From the NCBI GenBank assembly GCA_031409335.1, contig JANNWY010000226.1, forward strand, positions 1 through 35,564: a stretch of 35,564 bases of DNA, read 5' to 3'. Numbering within the stretch: position 1 is the stretch's first letter; every line of letters begins with the position of its first letter. Both the position numbers and the translations under genes were made by a program. Under the pieces are notes generated by a model. The model saw only the letters and a list, made by a program, of their open reading frames with translations, was not told the DNA's origin and made no database searches. Shown piece by piece: positions 1 to 8,265 of the stretch. Source of the DNA: Chthoniobacteraceae bacterium (GTDB lineage: Bacteria; Verrucomicrobiota; Verrucomicrobiia; Chthoniobacterales; Chthoniobacteraceae).

Positions 1-486
1 ATCCTGTCCGTCGGAGCGCACGTAATCGAGCACCTGCTGCACCGTCCATTCGTCGCGGACGCGCAGGAGATCGGGCGTCATGAGGCGGCCCACGCTGCCA
101 TCGGGATAATTCAGCAGACTTTGCGCGATGGCTTTTTCCTCGGGAGAGAGGAGCTGCAACAGGCGCGCGACGGCAGCTCCGGGCAGCTCTTCGAGCAGCG
201 CGGTGCGATCGTCCGCGGACATGTCGTTGAGGATGCGCGCGGCTTCCGCGGTTCCCATCGCTTTCAAGACGGCTTGCTGGGTTTCGAGTTCGAGGTATTC
301 GAGGACTTCCGTGGCCTGATCGTGCGGCAGGATGCGGAAGACCACGGCCTGATCCTCCTCCTGCATTTCGGTGATGATTTCCGCCACATCTGCCGGGGAA
401 AAATCCTGCACGACTTCGCGTAGCGCGGCAAAATTCCGAGCGGCGATGAGTTCCTTGATTTCGGGGCCGATGAGGTTGCCGATCAT
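1..486 (-). CDS. mgtE: Magnesium transporter MgtE, N-terminal part (runs off the window edge)
   Basis: Not in the ORF track. My translation from ATG at 486 gives MIGNLIGPEIKELIAARNFAALREVVQDFPPADVAEII...MSADDRTALLEELP...LLNYPDGSVGRLMTPD...WTVQQVLDYVR, i.e. the MgtE N-domain followed by the start of the CBS pair. Confidence 0.93.
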   Translation of the reverse strand, partial: MIGNLIGPEIKELIAARNFAALREVVQDFSPADVAEIITEMQEEDQAVVFRILPHDQATEVLEYLELETQQAVLKAMGTAEAARILNDMSADDRTALLEELPGAAVARLLQLLSPEEKAIAQSLLNYPDGSVGRLMTPDLLRVRDEWTVQQVLDYVRSDGQD

Positions 487-546
487 GCGCGGGTTTTGCG
501 TGGCAGGTCGGGGCGCGTCGAGAAAAACCATGCGGCAACTGGCTTA

Positions 547-641
547 AACGCAGAGATACGGAGGACACGGAGGTTCACAGAGGGAGAAAGAAGTTCCGTA
601 TCGCTCTGTGCGCCTCTGAGTCCTCCGTATCTCTGTGTTAA
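547..641. repeat. Long imperfect inverted repeat with ~9-bp internal periodicity (CAGAG/CTCTG type)
   Basis: Arm aacgcagagatacggaggacacggaggttcacagag (547-582) pairs with ctctgtgcgcctctgagtcctccgtatctctgtgtt (604-639): ~36 bp, ~5 mismatches, 21-nt loop. Confidence 0.9.
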
Positions 642-667
642 AAGGGGACGGTCGGTGTCATTCGTCA

Positions 668-697
668 TTGCGGGCGCAGCTTGGGCGCGCATAGATT
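668..697 (+). promoter_or_regulatory. Putative sigma70 promoter of dnaX (leaderless type)
   Basis: TTGCGG-18 nt-TAGATT, ending 6 nt before the GTG at 704. Confidence 0.5.
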
Positions 698-703
698 TTC
701 GGC

Positions 704-2404
704 GTGAGCTACACGGTTTTCGCACGCAAATATCGCCCGCAGACGTTCGACGACGTCGTCGGGCAGGATCACATCACGCAGACGCTGAAAAACGCGATCG
801 AGCGGAAGCGGCTGGCGCACGCTTACATTTTTGTCGGGCCGCGCGGGACGGGAAAAACCTCGACGGCGCGCATTTTGGCGAAGGCGCTGAATTGCAAAAC
901 CGGGCCGACGGTGAGCCCGTGCGGCGTGTGCCCTTCTTGCGTGGAGATCACGGCGGGAAACTCGATGGACGTGCTGGAATTCGACGCCGCCTCGAACACG
1001 CAGGTCGATAAAATCCGCGAGATCATCATCGACAACGTCAAATACGCGCCAACGAACGGGAAATTCAAAATGTACATCGTCGATGAGGTCCACATGCTCT
1101 CGACTTCCTCCTTCAACGCGCTGCTCAAAACGCTCGAAGAACCGCCCGAGCACGTGAAATTCGTCTTCGCCACGACCGATGTGCAGAAGGTGCCGACGAC
1201 GATCCTCTCGCGCTGCCAGCGTTTCGACCTGAAGCGCATCCCCGCCGCGCTCATCGCCTCGCATTTGCAGATGATCGCGGGAAAAGAAGGCGTCGATCTC
1301 GCGCCCGCCGCCGCCGAGACGATCGCGCGCGGAGCCGAGGGCGGGATGCGCGACGCGGAGTCGATGCTCGATCAGCTCGTCGCGTTTTGCGGGAATACGA
1401 TCGCGGAGGAAGACGTGCTTAATGTTTTCGGGTTCACCGCGCATCAGACGGTCACGACTTTGAGCGATCATCTGCTCGCGGGCGATGCGTCGGCGACGCT
1501 CTCCGTCGTGCATGAGCAGGCGGAAGGCGGGAAGGATCTCTCGCGGCTGCTGTCCGATCTCATCGCGCACTTTCGGAATTTGCTCATCGCGAAAGCAGAC
1601 CCGGCCGGGCTGGCGGACGAACTCAGCGAAGAGCAAGTCGCCGGGCTTTCCGAGCAGGCCGGACGTGTCGCGATGGATCGGCTGCTGGAGCTGATCGAGC
1701 AATTTGCCGCCGCGGAAGGCCGGATGAAGTGGGCGCCGAACAAAAAAATGCACATCGAAATCGCCGTCATCCGCGCGATCCAGACGCTGCGCCAGGCGAC
1801 GCTCACGGAAGTCATCGACACCCTCGCAGCGATGCGCGGCGGCACGCCGCCGCCCGTTTCACAAAAAGCCGCACCAGTGGCCGCGAAACCTGTGCCGAAG
1901 CCAGTTCCCACGCCGAAAGCGGAAGTGAAGAGTCAGAAGTTGAAAGTGGAAACGCCGGAGCCTGCCGCCGCGGTCGTGCGGGAAACACCGCCGCCTGCGA
2001 CCGCGCTGGGGCCGGTGGATGCGGGCGCGATCTGGCCCGCGCTCATCCTGGAAGTCCGCGCGAACCGGCCCAAGCTGCGCATGTGGGTGGAAACCGGCTC
2101 GCTCACCGCGATCGAAGGCGGCATCGCGCACATCACTTTCCCCGACGAACAAGCGCTCTCCGTACAGCACTGCGAGGAAAAGGAGAATCGCGCATACCTC
2201 GAAAACCTCGTGAGCACGCTCGCGGGCCGCGCGGTGAAGGTGAAATTTGAAATGCGCTCGGATTTCACCGTCACGCCCGTGCCCGTCGCCCGCCCCGCGG
2301 AAACCAAGGCCGCAGCCGCGCGCGATCCGATGGAGGAATTCAAAAACGACCCGCTCATCGTGAAGGCGCTCGAAATCTTCAAGGCGGAGATTGCGACAAG
2401 TTGA
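704..2404 (+). CDS. dnaX: DNA polymerase III subunit gamma/tau
   Basis: ARKYRPQTF, Walker A GPRGTGKT, Zn cysteines CGVCPSC, IVDEVHML, SRC motif, Pro/Ala linker and tau C-terminal domain. Confidence 0.98.
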   Translation: MSYTVFARKYRPQTFDDVVGQDHITQTLKNAIERKRLAHAYIFVGPRGTGKTSTARILAKALNCKTGPTVSPCGVCPSCVEITAGNSMDVLEFDAASNTQVDKIREIIIDNVKYAPTNGKFKMYIVDEVHMLSTSSFNALLKTLEEPPEHVKFVFATTDVQKVPTTILSRCQRFDLKRIPAALIASHLQMIAGKEGVDLAPAAAETIARGAEGGMRDAESMLDQLVAFCGNTIAEEDVLNVFGFTAHQTVTTLSDHLLAGDASATLSVVHEQAEGGKDLSRLLSDLIAHFRNLLIAKADPAGLADELSEEQVAGLSEQAGRVAMDRLLELIEQFAAAEGRMKWAPNKKMHIEIAVIRAIQTLRQATLTEVIDTLAAMRGGTPPPVSQKAAPVAAKPVPKPVPTPKAEVKSQKLKVETPEPAAAVVRETPPPATALGPVDAGAIWPALILEVRANRPKLRMWVETGSLTAIEGGIAHITFPDEQALSVQHCEEKENRAYLENLVSTLAGRAVKVKFEMRSDFTVTPVPVARPAETKAAAARDPMEEFKNDPLIVKALEIFKAEIATS

Positions 2405-2488
2405 GGATTGAAGAAACCCGCGCCGTCCCGTTCCATTTTCCCACGCCGAAACTCAATCCCGAAAACCGACTCCCAAATTTCCCATCCT

Positions 2489-2803
2489 ATGAATCTCCAA
2501 AAAATGATGAAACAAGCGCAGGCGATGCAGGAAAAGATGCTCGCCGCGCAGGAAGAACTCGCTGAAAAAACCGTCACCGCCACGGCAGGCGGCGGCAAAG
2601 TCACCGTCGTTGCCAACGGCGCGGGTGACGTGATTTCCATCAAAATCGACCCTGCCGTGGTCGATCCGCAGGATGTGGAAATGCTCGAAGACCTCGTGCT
2701 GACCGGCGTGAAAAAAGCAATCGAAGACGGCAAGGCGCTCGCGCAATCCGAAATGGGCAAGCTCACCGGCGGCATGGGTCTGCCGCCTGGGCTGGGCTTC
2801 TAA
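2489..2803 (+). CDS. ybaB: YbaB/EbfC nucleoid-associated protein
   Basis: MNLQKMMKQAQAMQEKM...AGGGKVTV...IDP...DVEMLEDLV, directly after dnaX. Start moved from 2408 to ATG 2489. Confidence 0.95.
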   Translation: MNLQKMMKQAQAMQEKMLAAQEELAEKTVTATAGGGKVTVVANGAGDVISIKIDPAVVDPQDVEMLEDLVLTGVKKAIEDGKALAQSEMGKLTGGMGLPPGLGF

Positions 2804-2805
2804 AA

Positions 2806-2880
2806 TCGTCCTCGTCCTCGTCCTCCTCCTCGAAATCTCCGCGGAACGAGGACGAGGAGGAGTAGGAGGACGAGGACGAG
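2806..2880. repeat. (TCGTCC)n/(GGACGA)n inverted repeat; possible terminator or mRNA-stability hairpin after dnaX-ybaB
   Basis: tcgtcctcgtcctcgtcctcctcctcg ... cgaggacgaggaggagtaggaggacgaggacgag. Confidence 0.8.
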
Positions 2881-2887
2881 AATGAAT

Positions 2888-2916
2888 TTGCCGCCATCCT
2901 CTCCGCGCGCTAAACG
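2888..2916 (+). promoter_or_regulatory. Putative sigma70 promoter of the peroxiredoxin gene
   Basis: TTGCCG-17 nt-TAAACG. Confidence 0.4.
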
Positions 2917-2933
2917 CACACCCCGCTCTCAAT

Positions 2934-2954
2934 TCCTAAATCCTAAATCCTAAA
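2934..2954 (+). repeat. Heptamer tandem repeat (TCCTAAA)x3
   Basis: tcctaaa tcctaaa tcctaaa immediately upstream of ATG 2962. Confidence 0.9.
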
Positions 2955-2961
2955 TCGCACC

Positions 2962-3435
2962 ATGCCTCTCACCGTCGGAACCACCGCTCCCACCTTCACC
3001 CTCAAATCCAAAAATGCCGCTGGCCTCGCCGACGTGACGCTGCCAGCGCCTGGCAAGACCACCGTCATCCTGTTTTTTCCCCTCGCCTTCACCGGGGTCT
3101 GCACGGACGAAATGTGCAGCGTTTCCCAAGGGCTCGAAGCCTACTCGGGCGCGGGCGCGGAAGTTATCGCGATCAGCATCGACAATCCGTTTGCGCAGGA
3201 GGCATGGGCGAAGGCGAACAGCATCGGCCTCACGATCGTCAGCGATTTGAACAAGGAGGCGACGAACGCTTACGACGTGCTTTTCAAAGGCATCGCCGGG
3301 ATCGGCGACAGCGCCGCGCGGGCGGCCTTCGTCGTCGATAAAGGGGGCGTGATTCAATACGCCGAGCAAACGCCGACGCCGAAGGATTTGCCGAATTTCG
3401 ACGCGATCAAAGCGAAGGTCGCGGAGCTGAAGTAA
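2962..3435 (+). CDS. Peroxiredoxin (AhpC/TSA family, AhpE/BCP-like)
   Basis: APTFTL, PxxxTxxC active site FFPLAFTGVCTDEMC, SDLNK, RAAFVVD. Confidence 0.93.
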   Translation: MPLTVGTTAPTFTLKSKNAAGLADVTLPAPGKTTVILFFPLAFTGVCTDEMCSVSQGLEAYSGAGAEVIAISIDNPFAQEAWAKANSIGLTIVSDLNKEATNAYDVLFKGIAGIGDSAARAAFVVDKGGVIQYAEQTPTPKDLPNFDAIKAKVAELK

Positions 3436-3517
3436 CGCCGACGCATCCCCCATCGCTTCATGCGCATCCTGCCAGCGTGTGCGATGGGTTGCGCACACTG
3501 AGGTTGCCACTCAGCTC

Positions 3518-3584
3518 GTAGTCCTAAAAGCGGCGATGGAGATTGCCGCAGAGGACGCGGCAATTTCCATCGCCAGTTTTAGGA
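3518..3584. repeat. GTAG-footed 28-bp hairpin (REP-like; possible bidirectional terminator between convergent genes)
   Basis: GTAG + tcctaaaagcggcgatggagattgccgc (3522-3549), 7-nt loop, gcggcaatttccatcgccagttttagga (3557-3584). Confidence 0.8.
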
Positions 3585-3600
3585 TCAATCACAGCCCGCT

Positions 3601-3840
3601 TTACAACCGCGAAAATCGGAGGCGTTCGTTCATGCCGTGGCAACGCGGGCAGGCGGCGAGGGGTTCGCTGGATTTGTCCTCGAACTCGAAGCCGCAGCAG
3701 GTGCAGCGGAGGAGATTTTGAAAGGCGGCGCGTTCGCGGCGGTGGCGCGTCCAGCCGTAGAAAAGCCATGCGCCGAGGACGGTCGCGAGAAGGAGCGCGA
3801 CATAGATGAGGACCAAAACGGGGAGCGTGACTCGGATCAT
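3601..3840 (-). CDS. Small membrane-anchored Zn-ribbon protein
   Basis: N-terminal hydrophobic helix, then CTCC...CPRC. ATGA overlap with the upstream TonB-like gene. Confidence 0.75.
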   Translation of the reverse strand: MIRVTLPVLVLIYVALLLATVLGAWLFYGWTRHRRERAAFQNLLRCTCCGFEFEDKSSEPLAACPRCHGMNERLRFSRL

Positions 3841-4595
3841 TCCGATTTCAGCTTTTCACCACGGTGAACATCGTCGCCCCAAATGATGGTGGCCATTCCC
3901 CAGGTGATCGGCGCTTCGGCGGGCTGAAAATCGAATCCGGGAAGCTGCGCGGCGGCTTGGGAATCCAGCGCTGAGTCGCCGGATGAGCGTTGCAGGAAGA
4001 CGTAGCGGACTTCGCCGCGGTCGGTGATGCCGATGAGGAATGCGGCGGGTTCGAGTGGCCTTGTGGCGCGCGCGGTGAAATCCCACGCGGATCGGGCGGA
4101 CGGTGCGCGGACGGCAAGCGGGGAGGAAAAATCAATGCGTGTCGGCACTGGCGGCAGGGCGACATCGGCGAGTTGCGGAGGCTGGGCGGCGCTGCGGATG
4201 ATGGTGAGCGGGTCTTTTGGCGAGGGGTAGCGCGTGACTGCGGCTTCGGCGGCGACGGTGCGCGGCTGGGTGCGGACGGTGTTGTAAGAGGGAAGGTATT
4301 TTTGCTGGAGAAGTTTCGGCGGCGTGACGCCCGGGGTAGCCGCGACGAGCGCGGGATCGTCGGCTTCGATGCGGCGGAGCAGGGCGCGATTTTCGGGCGT
4401 GGTGGGGAGCAGCAGGCTGATCTCGGGTGCGGGCGGCGGGATGCTGACGCGCGGCGGATAGACGATTTGAAAGAGGAAAAACGTGGCGACGTGGACGAGC
4501 GCGGAGAGCAGGATGAGGCCGAAGAATTTCCACTGAAAACGGGACGGGCACGGCCAGTCGAAGACGAGGGCGGGCGGCGCGGGATCAGCGTTCAT
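3837..4595 (-). CDS. TonB-like energy transducer
   Basis: Single TM with SxxxH (SALVH), Pro-rich linker, TonB_C-like end (ITDRGEVRYVFLQRSSGDSALDSQA). Downstream of exbD. Confidence 0.75.
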   Translation of the reverse strand: MNADPAPPALVFDWPCPSRFQWKFFGLILLSALVHVATFFLFQIVYPPRVSIPPPAPEISLLLPTTPENRALLRRIEADDPALVAATPGVTPPKLLQQKYLPSYNTVRTQPRTVAAEAAVTRYPSPKDPLTIIRSAAQPPQLADVALPPVPTRIDFSSPLAVRAPSARSAWDFTARATRPLEPAAFLIGITDRGEVRYVFLQRSSGDSALDSQAAAQLPGFDFQPAEAPITWGMATIIWGDDVHRGEKLKSE

Positions 4596-4996
4596 CGGCG
4601 CTCGGAATCGGTGGCGAGGACGATGGAAAATCCCTGGGCAAGGCCAGCGTTCATGACTTGCACGAGCATGTCGTATGGCGTAGAGCGGTCGGCTTTCACG
4701 ATGAGGGAACGGCCGCGAGCGGAGCCGCCTGCGAGGCGTTTTCCGAGTTCTTCGAGCGTCACTTTTTCATCGCGAAAATAGATCGCGGCGACGGGCGCGG
4801 CGGTGATGCTGACGAGCGGGGCGTCGTCTTGCGGCGTGAGGGTGTAGGAGGAAACGGGCAGCGTGACGGCGAGGCCAGGCTGGAGCATGAAGCGCGAGCT
4901 GAGCGCGAAAAAGATGACGACGAGGAAGCAGACATTCACCAGCGGGATGAGGCTGATGAGGGCGGGGTTGAACTTGAGATTGCGCGTGAGTTTCAC
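4592..4996 (-). CDS. exbD: ExbD/TolR family biopolymer transport protein
   Basis: TM LIPLVNVCFLVVIFF, VTLP, LIVKADRSTPY..LVQVM. The conserved TM Asp is Asn here. Confidence 0.9.
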   Translation of the reverse strand: MKLTRNLKFNPALISLIPLVNVCFLVVIFFALSSRFMLQPGLAVTLPVSSYTLTPQDDAPLVSITAAPVAAIYFRDEKVTLEELGKRLAGGSARGRSLIVKADRSTPYDMLVQVMNAGLAQGFSIVLATDSERR

Positions 4997-5011
4997 GGCG
5001 GTGGGCGGACT

Positions 5012-5677
5012 TTACTCGGCGCCTTTGCGACGCGCGGCGCTGGCGGTGAAGTCGATGATGTCCGACGCTTTTCGGCGATCGGTGATGAGGTTCACGATCT
5101 CGATCCCGGCGCGCTCCATGTCGTGCAGCAGGGCATTGACCCTGCCGGAAAGGAACATGTAGCCGACCGCGCACGGGATGGCGACGACGAGGCCGGCAGC
5201 GGTGGTGAGCAGGCTTTGGTAAATGCCGCTCGCGATGTCGGTGGAACTCGCGAAGCCGGATTGAGCGGACATGTTCACAAACGCCTCGATGAGTCCGATG
5301 ACAGTGCCGAGCAGGCCAATGAGCGGGGTGACCACGGAGATGGTGGCGATGATGCCGAGGCGGCGTTCGAGGCGCGGGACTTCGAGCTGGCCGGCCTCCT
5401 GGACGATCTCCTTTAGCTCCGCGCGCGGCGCTTCATGCCGGACGAGCGCGGCGTGGATCACGCGGGCGACGGGGCCGGGCGTGCCCGCGCATTCCGCGAG
5501 CGCTTCGGCAAAGCTGCGCCGCTGGAGCAGATTGGCGAGGCCGCGGATGAATTCGCCGACGCGAATCTGCGCGCGGTGGAAGTAAGTGACCCGCTCGAGG
5601 AAGACCGCCCCGGCGAGCACACTGCAGAACAGGATGAGCCACATCAGCGGCCCACCCTTTTGCATGTAGTCGATCAT
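5012..5677 (-). CDS. exbB: MotA/TolQ/ExbB proton channel family protein
   Basis: KGGPLMW, PLIGLLGTVIGLI, LLTTAAGLVVAIP. Start reassigned to ATG 5677. Confidence 0.93.
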   Translation of the reverse strand: MIDYMQKGGPLMWLILFCSVLAGAVFLERVTYFHRAQIRVGEFIRGLANLLQRRSFAEALAECAGTPGPVARVIHAALVRHEAPRAELKEIVQEAGQLEVPRLERRLGIIATISVVTPLIGLLGTVIGLIEAFVNMSAQSGFASSTDIASGIYQSLLTTAAGLVVAIPCAVGYMFLSGRVNALLHDMERAGIEIVNLITDRRKASDIIDFTASAARRKGAE

Positions 5678-5683
5678 TCCCGC

Positions 5684-5712
5684 TGTGTAGGAGAAAATCC
5701 GCGGCGTGGCAA
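5684..5712 (-). promoter_or_regulatory. Putative leaderless-type sigma70 promoter of the exbB operon
   Basis: Minus strand TTGCCA-17 nt-TACACA, 6 nt before ATG 5677. Confidence 0.45.
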
Positions 5713-5826
5713 GGCTGGCGGGATCGCGCGAATGGACGGCACACCAAAGACTATGGTGTTTTTTGGATTTCATTTTGACCGATGAATTCCGAAACCATAC
5801 AAAGGCGCGTGAATGGTTCGTTTCCG

Positions 5827-6906
5827 ATGATTGCCGAGATCAAATTTGCGTGCGCGCACTGCGGTCAGAAGATCGCTGTGGAGCCCGAGGCGGCAGGTGT
5901 CAGCATCAATTGCCCGACGTGTCAGAATCGCGTGACGATTCCGCGGGAAGGCGTGGCTGCCGAAGCGCGCCGGACGGAGGGTGGGCTGCGCGAAAAGCTG
6001 GCGGCTCTGCAATCGGAATGTGAGCGGCTGCGGGCAAACGCGACGCACTCGCAGGCCGAGATCAAGAGCTTTCAAACCGAACGGCTCGCCCTGCGAAACG
6101 AGGCCGCCGCGCTGAAACAGCGCGCCGCGGGAGCGGAGGCGCAAGTCGCGGCGATGGATGTGCTGCGCCAGCGCCTCAAGGGGACGGAAACCCAGCTCGC
6201 CTCGATCGAATGCGAGCGCCTGGAAAATCAGGCAGCCCTTTCCCATGCCAACGCTGAACTCGCCGCGACTGCGGAAGAACTCGCGGACCAGCGGAGCGAG
6301 CTGGCCGCCGCGGTCGGATTTGCGGAAAACGCCAGGGCTGGAGCGGCTGCGACGCTGGCGCGTCTCGCCGAAACGGAGACCGGTCTCGCCGAGGCGCTCG
6401 GAAAACTGAATGCCGCGCAAGCTGAGGTGGAAACGCTGCGGGCGCAATTCGCCGCAACGTCCGGCGAAGTGGAAACGCTCCGCAGGCTGATGGACCGCGA
6501 CGAGACCAGCCGCGAGCTGCTCGTCGTCCGCGAAAAGTTGACCGCCGCGGATGAAGAATTGCGGACACGCCGTGGGAGCGCCACGCAGCTCGAATCCGAT
6601 CTGGCGCGGACCGAATCGGAACGCGCCCGGCTCGACGACGAGAGAATCGCGCTGCATCTCAGCGTCGCCGAGGCGCAGATGCAGGCCGAGGAACTTTCAG
6701 GGAATCGCTTGATTGCCGACAATGCAAAGTTGCGCGAATTGCTCGGCAGACAAAATGACGAATTGAAGCAGCGCTTTCGCGAGATCACCATTTTTCGCCG
6801 GGCAAAGATCACGTTGAAAATCGTGTGGGCGCTCGCCGCGATCGGCGCAATCGTCCTCGGATATTTTTTCGTTAAGGTGCTGCCCACGCTCGAGTGGGCA
6901 CCGTGA
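5827..6906 (+). CDS. Zn-ribbon / long coiled-coil / C-terminal TM hypothetical protein
   Basis: FACAHCGQ...CPTC, then ~280 aa of Ala/Glu/Leu/Arg heptads, then hydrophobic IVWALAAIGAIVLGYFFV. Start could be 5782. Confidence 0.8.
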   Translation: MIAEIKFACAHCGQKIAVEPEAAGVSINCPTCQNRVTIPREGVAAEARRTEGGLREKLAALQSECERLRANATHSQAEIKSFQTERLALRNEAAALKQRAAGAEAQVAAMDVLRQRLKGTETQLASIECERLENQAALSHANAELAATAEELADQRSELAAAVGFAENARAGAAATLARLAETETGLAEALGKLNAAQAEVETLRAQFAATSGEVETLRRLMDRDETSRELLVVREKLTAADEELRTRRGSATQLESDLARTESERARLDDERIALHLSVAEAQMQAEELSGNRLIADNAKLRELLGRQNDELKQRFREITIFRRAKITLKIVWALAAIGAIVLGYFFVKVLPTLEWAP

Positions 6907-6952
6907 TGCGGCGCTCAGTTCGATGAGCGGCATTCGCAAAAAGGGAGCACCC

Positions 6953-6981
6953 TTGACGCTGGAGAGCGCGCCCCTTAACCT
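6953..6981 (+). promoter_or_regulatory. Putative sigma70 promoter of bamD-lptE
   Basis: TTGACG-17 nt-TAACCT, 9 nt before ATG 6991. Confidence 0.6.
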
Positions 6982-6990
6982 CGACCCCTC

Positions 6991-8265
6991 ATGCGAAAAA
7001 TTGCGCTCATTTCCACGTTCATCCTCGTCGGCGGCATCTCCGTGCCGAGTGTGAGCCAGGCGGCGGTGATCTATAGGTCCACGGAAGGCTGGAGCGTGGA
7101 GGGTGATCTGAGCAGCTCGGTGGAAAGCAGCGCGGCGGAGCAGATGAAAAAAGCGGAAGCGTTTGAAAAAGAAGGCAACGACAAGGCCGCGCTGAATTCC
7201 TACAAAGTCCTCACGAAACAATATGGTCTCTCCGCCCTCGCACCGAAAGCGCAGCGGAAAGTGGCCATCCTGCAGGAGAAATCCGGCGACGTGAACAAAG
7301 CATTCGATGCTTACAGCGCATACCTGGAGAAGTATCCGCGCGGGGATGATTTCGATGGCGTGGTGGATGCGATGTACCGGATCGCGAAAATGTTCCTCGA
7401 AGGGCAGAAATCGAAGAAGTTGCTCGGGATCTCGATAGGAGGCTCGATTGAGCGTGCGCAGGAAATGTTTGGGGTGATCCTCAAGCGCGCGCCGTACAGC
7501 AAACTGGCCGCGGTCGCGCAATTCAACGTGGGGCAGGCGAATGAGCGCCAGGGAAAATATCCGGAAGCGATCGCCGCGTACCAGGCGGTCGTTTCCAAAT
7601 ACCCTGGGGATGCCATCGCGGATGACGCGCAATATCAAATCGGCTACGTGCTGCTGACGCAGCATCGCGATGGCTCAAACGACCGCGCATCGGCGCAAAA
7701 AGCGCGCGAGGCATTCGAGGACTTTGTGTCCCGCCATCCTGACAGCGAGAAGGTCGCGCAAGCGCGGGAGAACATCGCGACGCTGGAAGGCGGCTCGACG
7801 AAGGGCTCGCTCGACATCGCAAAGTTCTACGAAAAATCGAAGAACTACAAAGCAGCGGTCATTTACTACAACGACGTGATCAAGCGCCAGCCGGACTCCC
7901 CGGAGAGTGGCCTGGCAAAGGCGCGCATCGAGGAATTGAAGCAGAAATTTGGCGAAGATTCGCTTCGAGCCGGACCTGAAAAAGCGGAAACTGGAGCGAA
8001 GGCGGCGACGCGGCGAAAAATGCAAGCTCGCGTGGATACCGTTTCGCGGCCTGATTACGTCGGCCCGCCGGTGAAAGTGGCGACCGTGCGCGAAACGCCG
8101 CCAGCGCAACCAGCTGCGCCTTTCGGTCGGCCAAAATTGCGGACTTCACCGAATTCGATCGAGCCCATGCTCCCAGTGGAACCGTCGCTGCCCTCGACTC
8201 CGATCAAGCCCGTGCCAGACCTGCCGAAGCCTGTGGAGACGCTGGAGCCGCTGCCGGCGCAATGA
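6991..8265 (+). CDS. bamD: Outer membrane protein assembly factor BamD-like TPR protein
   Basis: Signal peptide, repeated TPR/YfiO-type motifs (YLEKYP, FEDFVSRHPDS, IAKFYEK..NYKAAVIYY), Pro-rich tail, coupled to lptE. Confidence 0.8.
   Translation: MRKIALISTFILVGGISVPSVSQAAVIYRSTEGWSVEGDLSSSVESSAAEQMKKAEAFEKEGNDKAALNSYKVLTKQYGLSALAPKAQRKVAILQEKSGDVNKAFDAYSAYLEKYPRGDDFDGVVDAMYRIAKMFLEGQKSKKLLGISIGGSIERAQEMFGVILKRAPYSKLAAVAQFNVGQANERQGKYPEAIAAYQAVVSKYPGDAIADDAQYQIGYVLLTQHRDGSNDRASAQKAREAFEDFVSRHPDSEKVAQARENIATLEGGSTKGSLDIAKFYEKSKNYKAAVIYYNDVIKRQPDSPESGLAKARIEELKQKFGEDSLRAGPEKAETGAKAATRRKMQARVDTVSRPDYVGPPVKVATVRETPPAQPAAPFGRPKLRTSPNSIEPMLPVEPSLPSTPIKPVPDLPKPVETLEPLPAQ

Noticed and set aside
487..703. 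M-box riboswitch upstream of mgtE, or SRP RNA upstream of dnaX
   Set aside because: No recognisable conserved motifs of either RNA; the space is occupied by the periodic inverted repeat.
1741..1870. Programmed frameshift/slippage site in dnaX (A7 at ~1742; CAAAAAG at ~1862)
   Set aside because: Neither is an in-frame A_AAA_AAG heptamer nor an A9 run, and I saw no clear stimulatory hairpin.
544..3584. CRISPR array or tRNA among the intergenic repeats
   Set aside because: No repeat-spacer periodicity, no cas genes and no cloverleaf/T-loop motif seen anywhere in the window.
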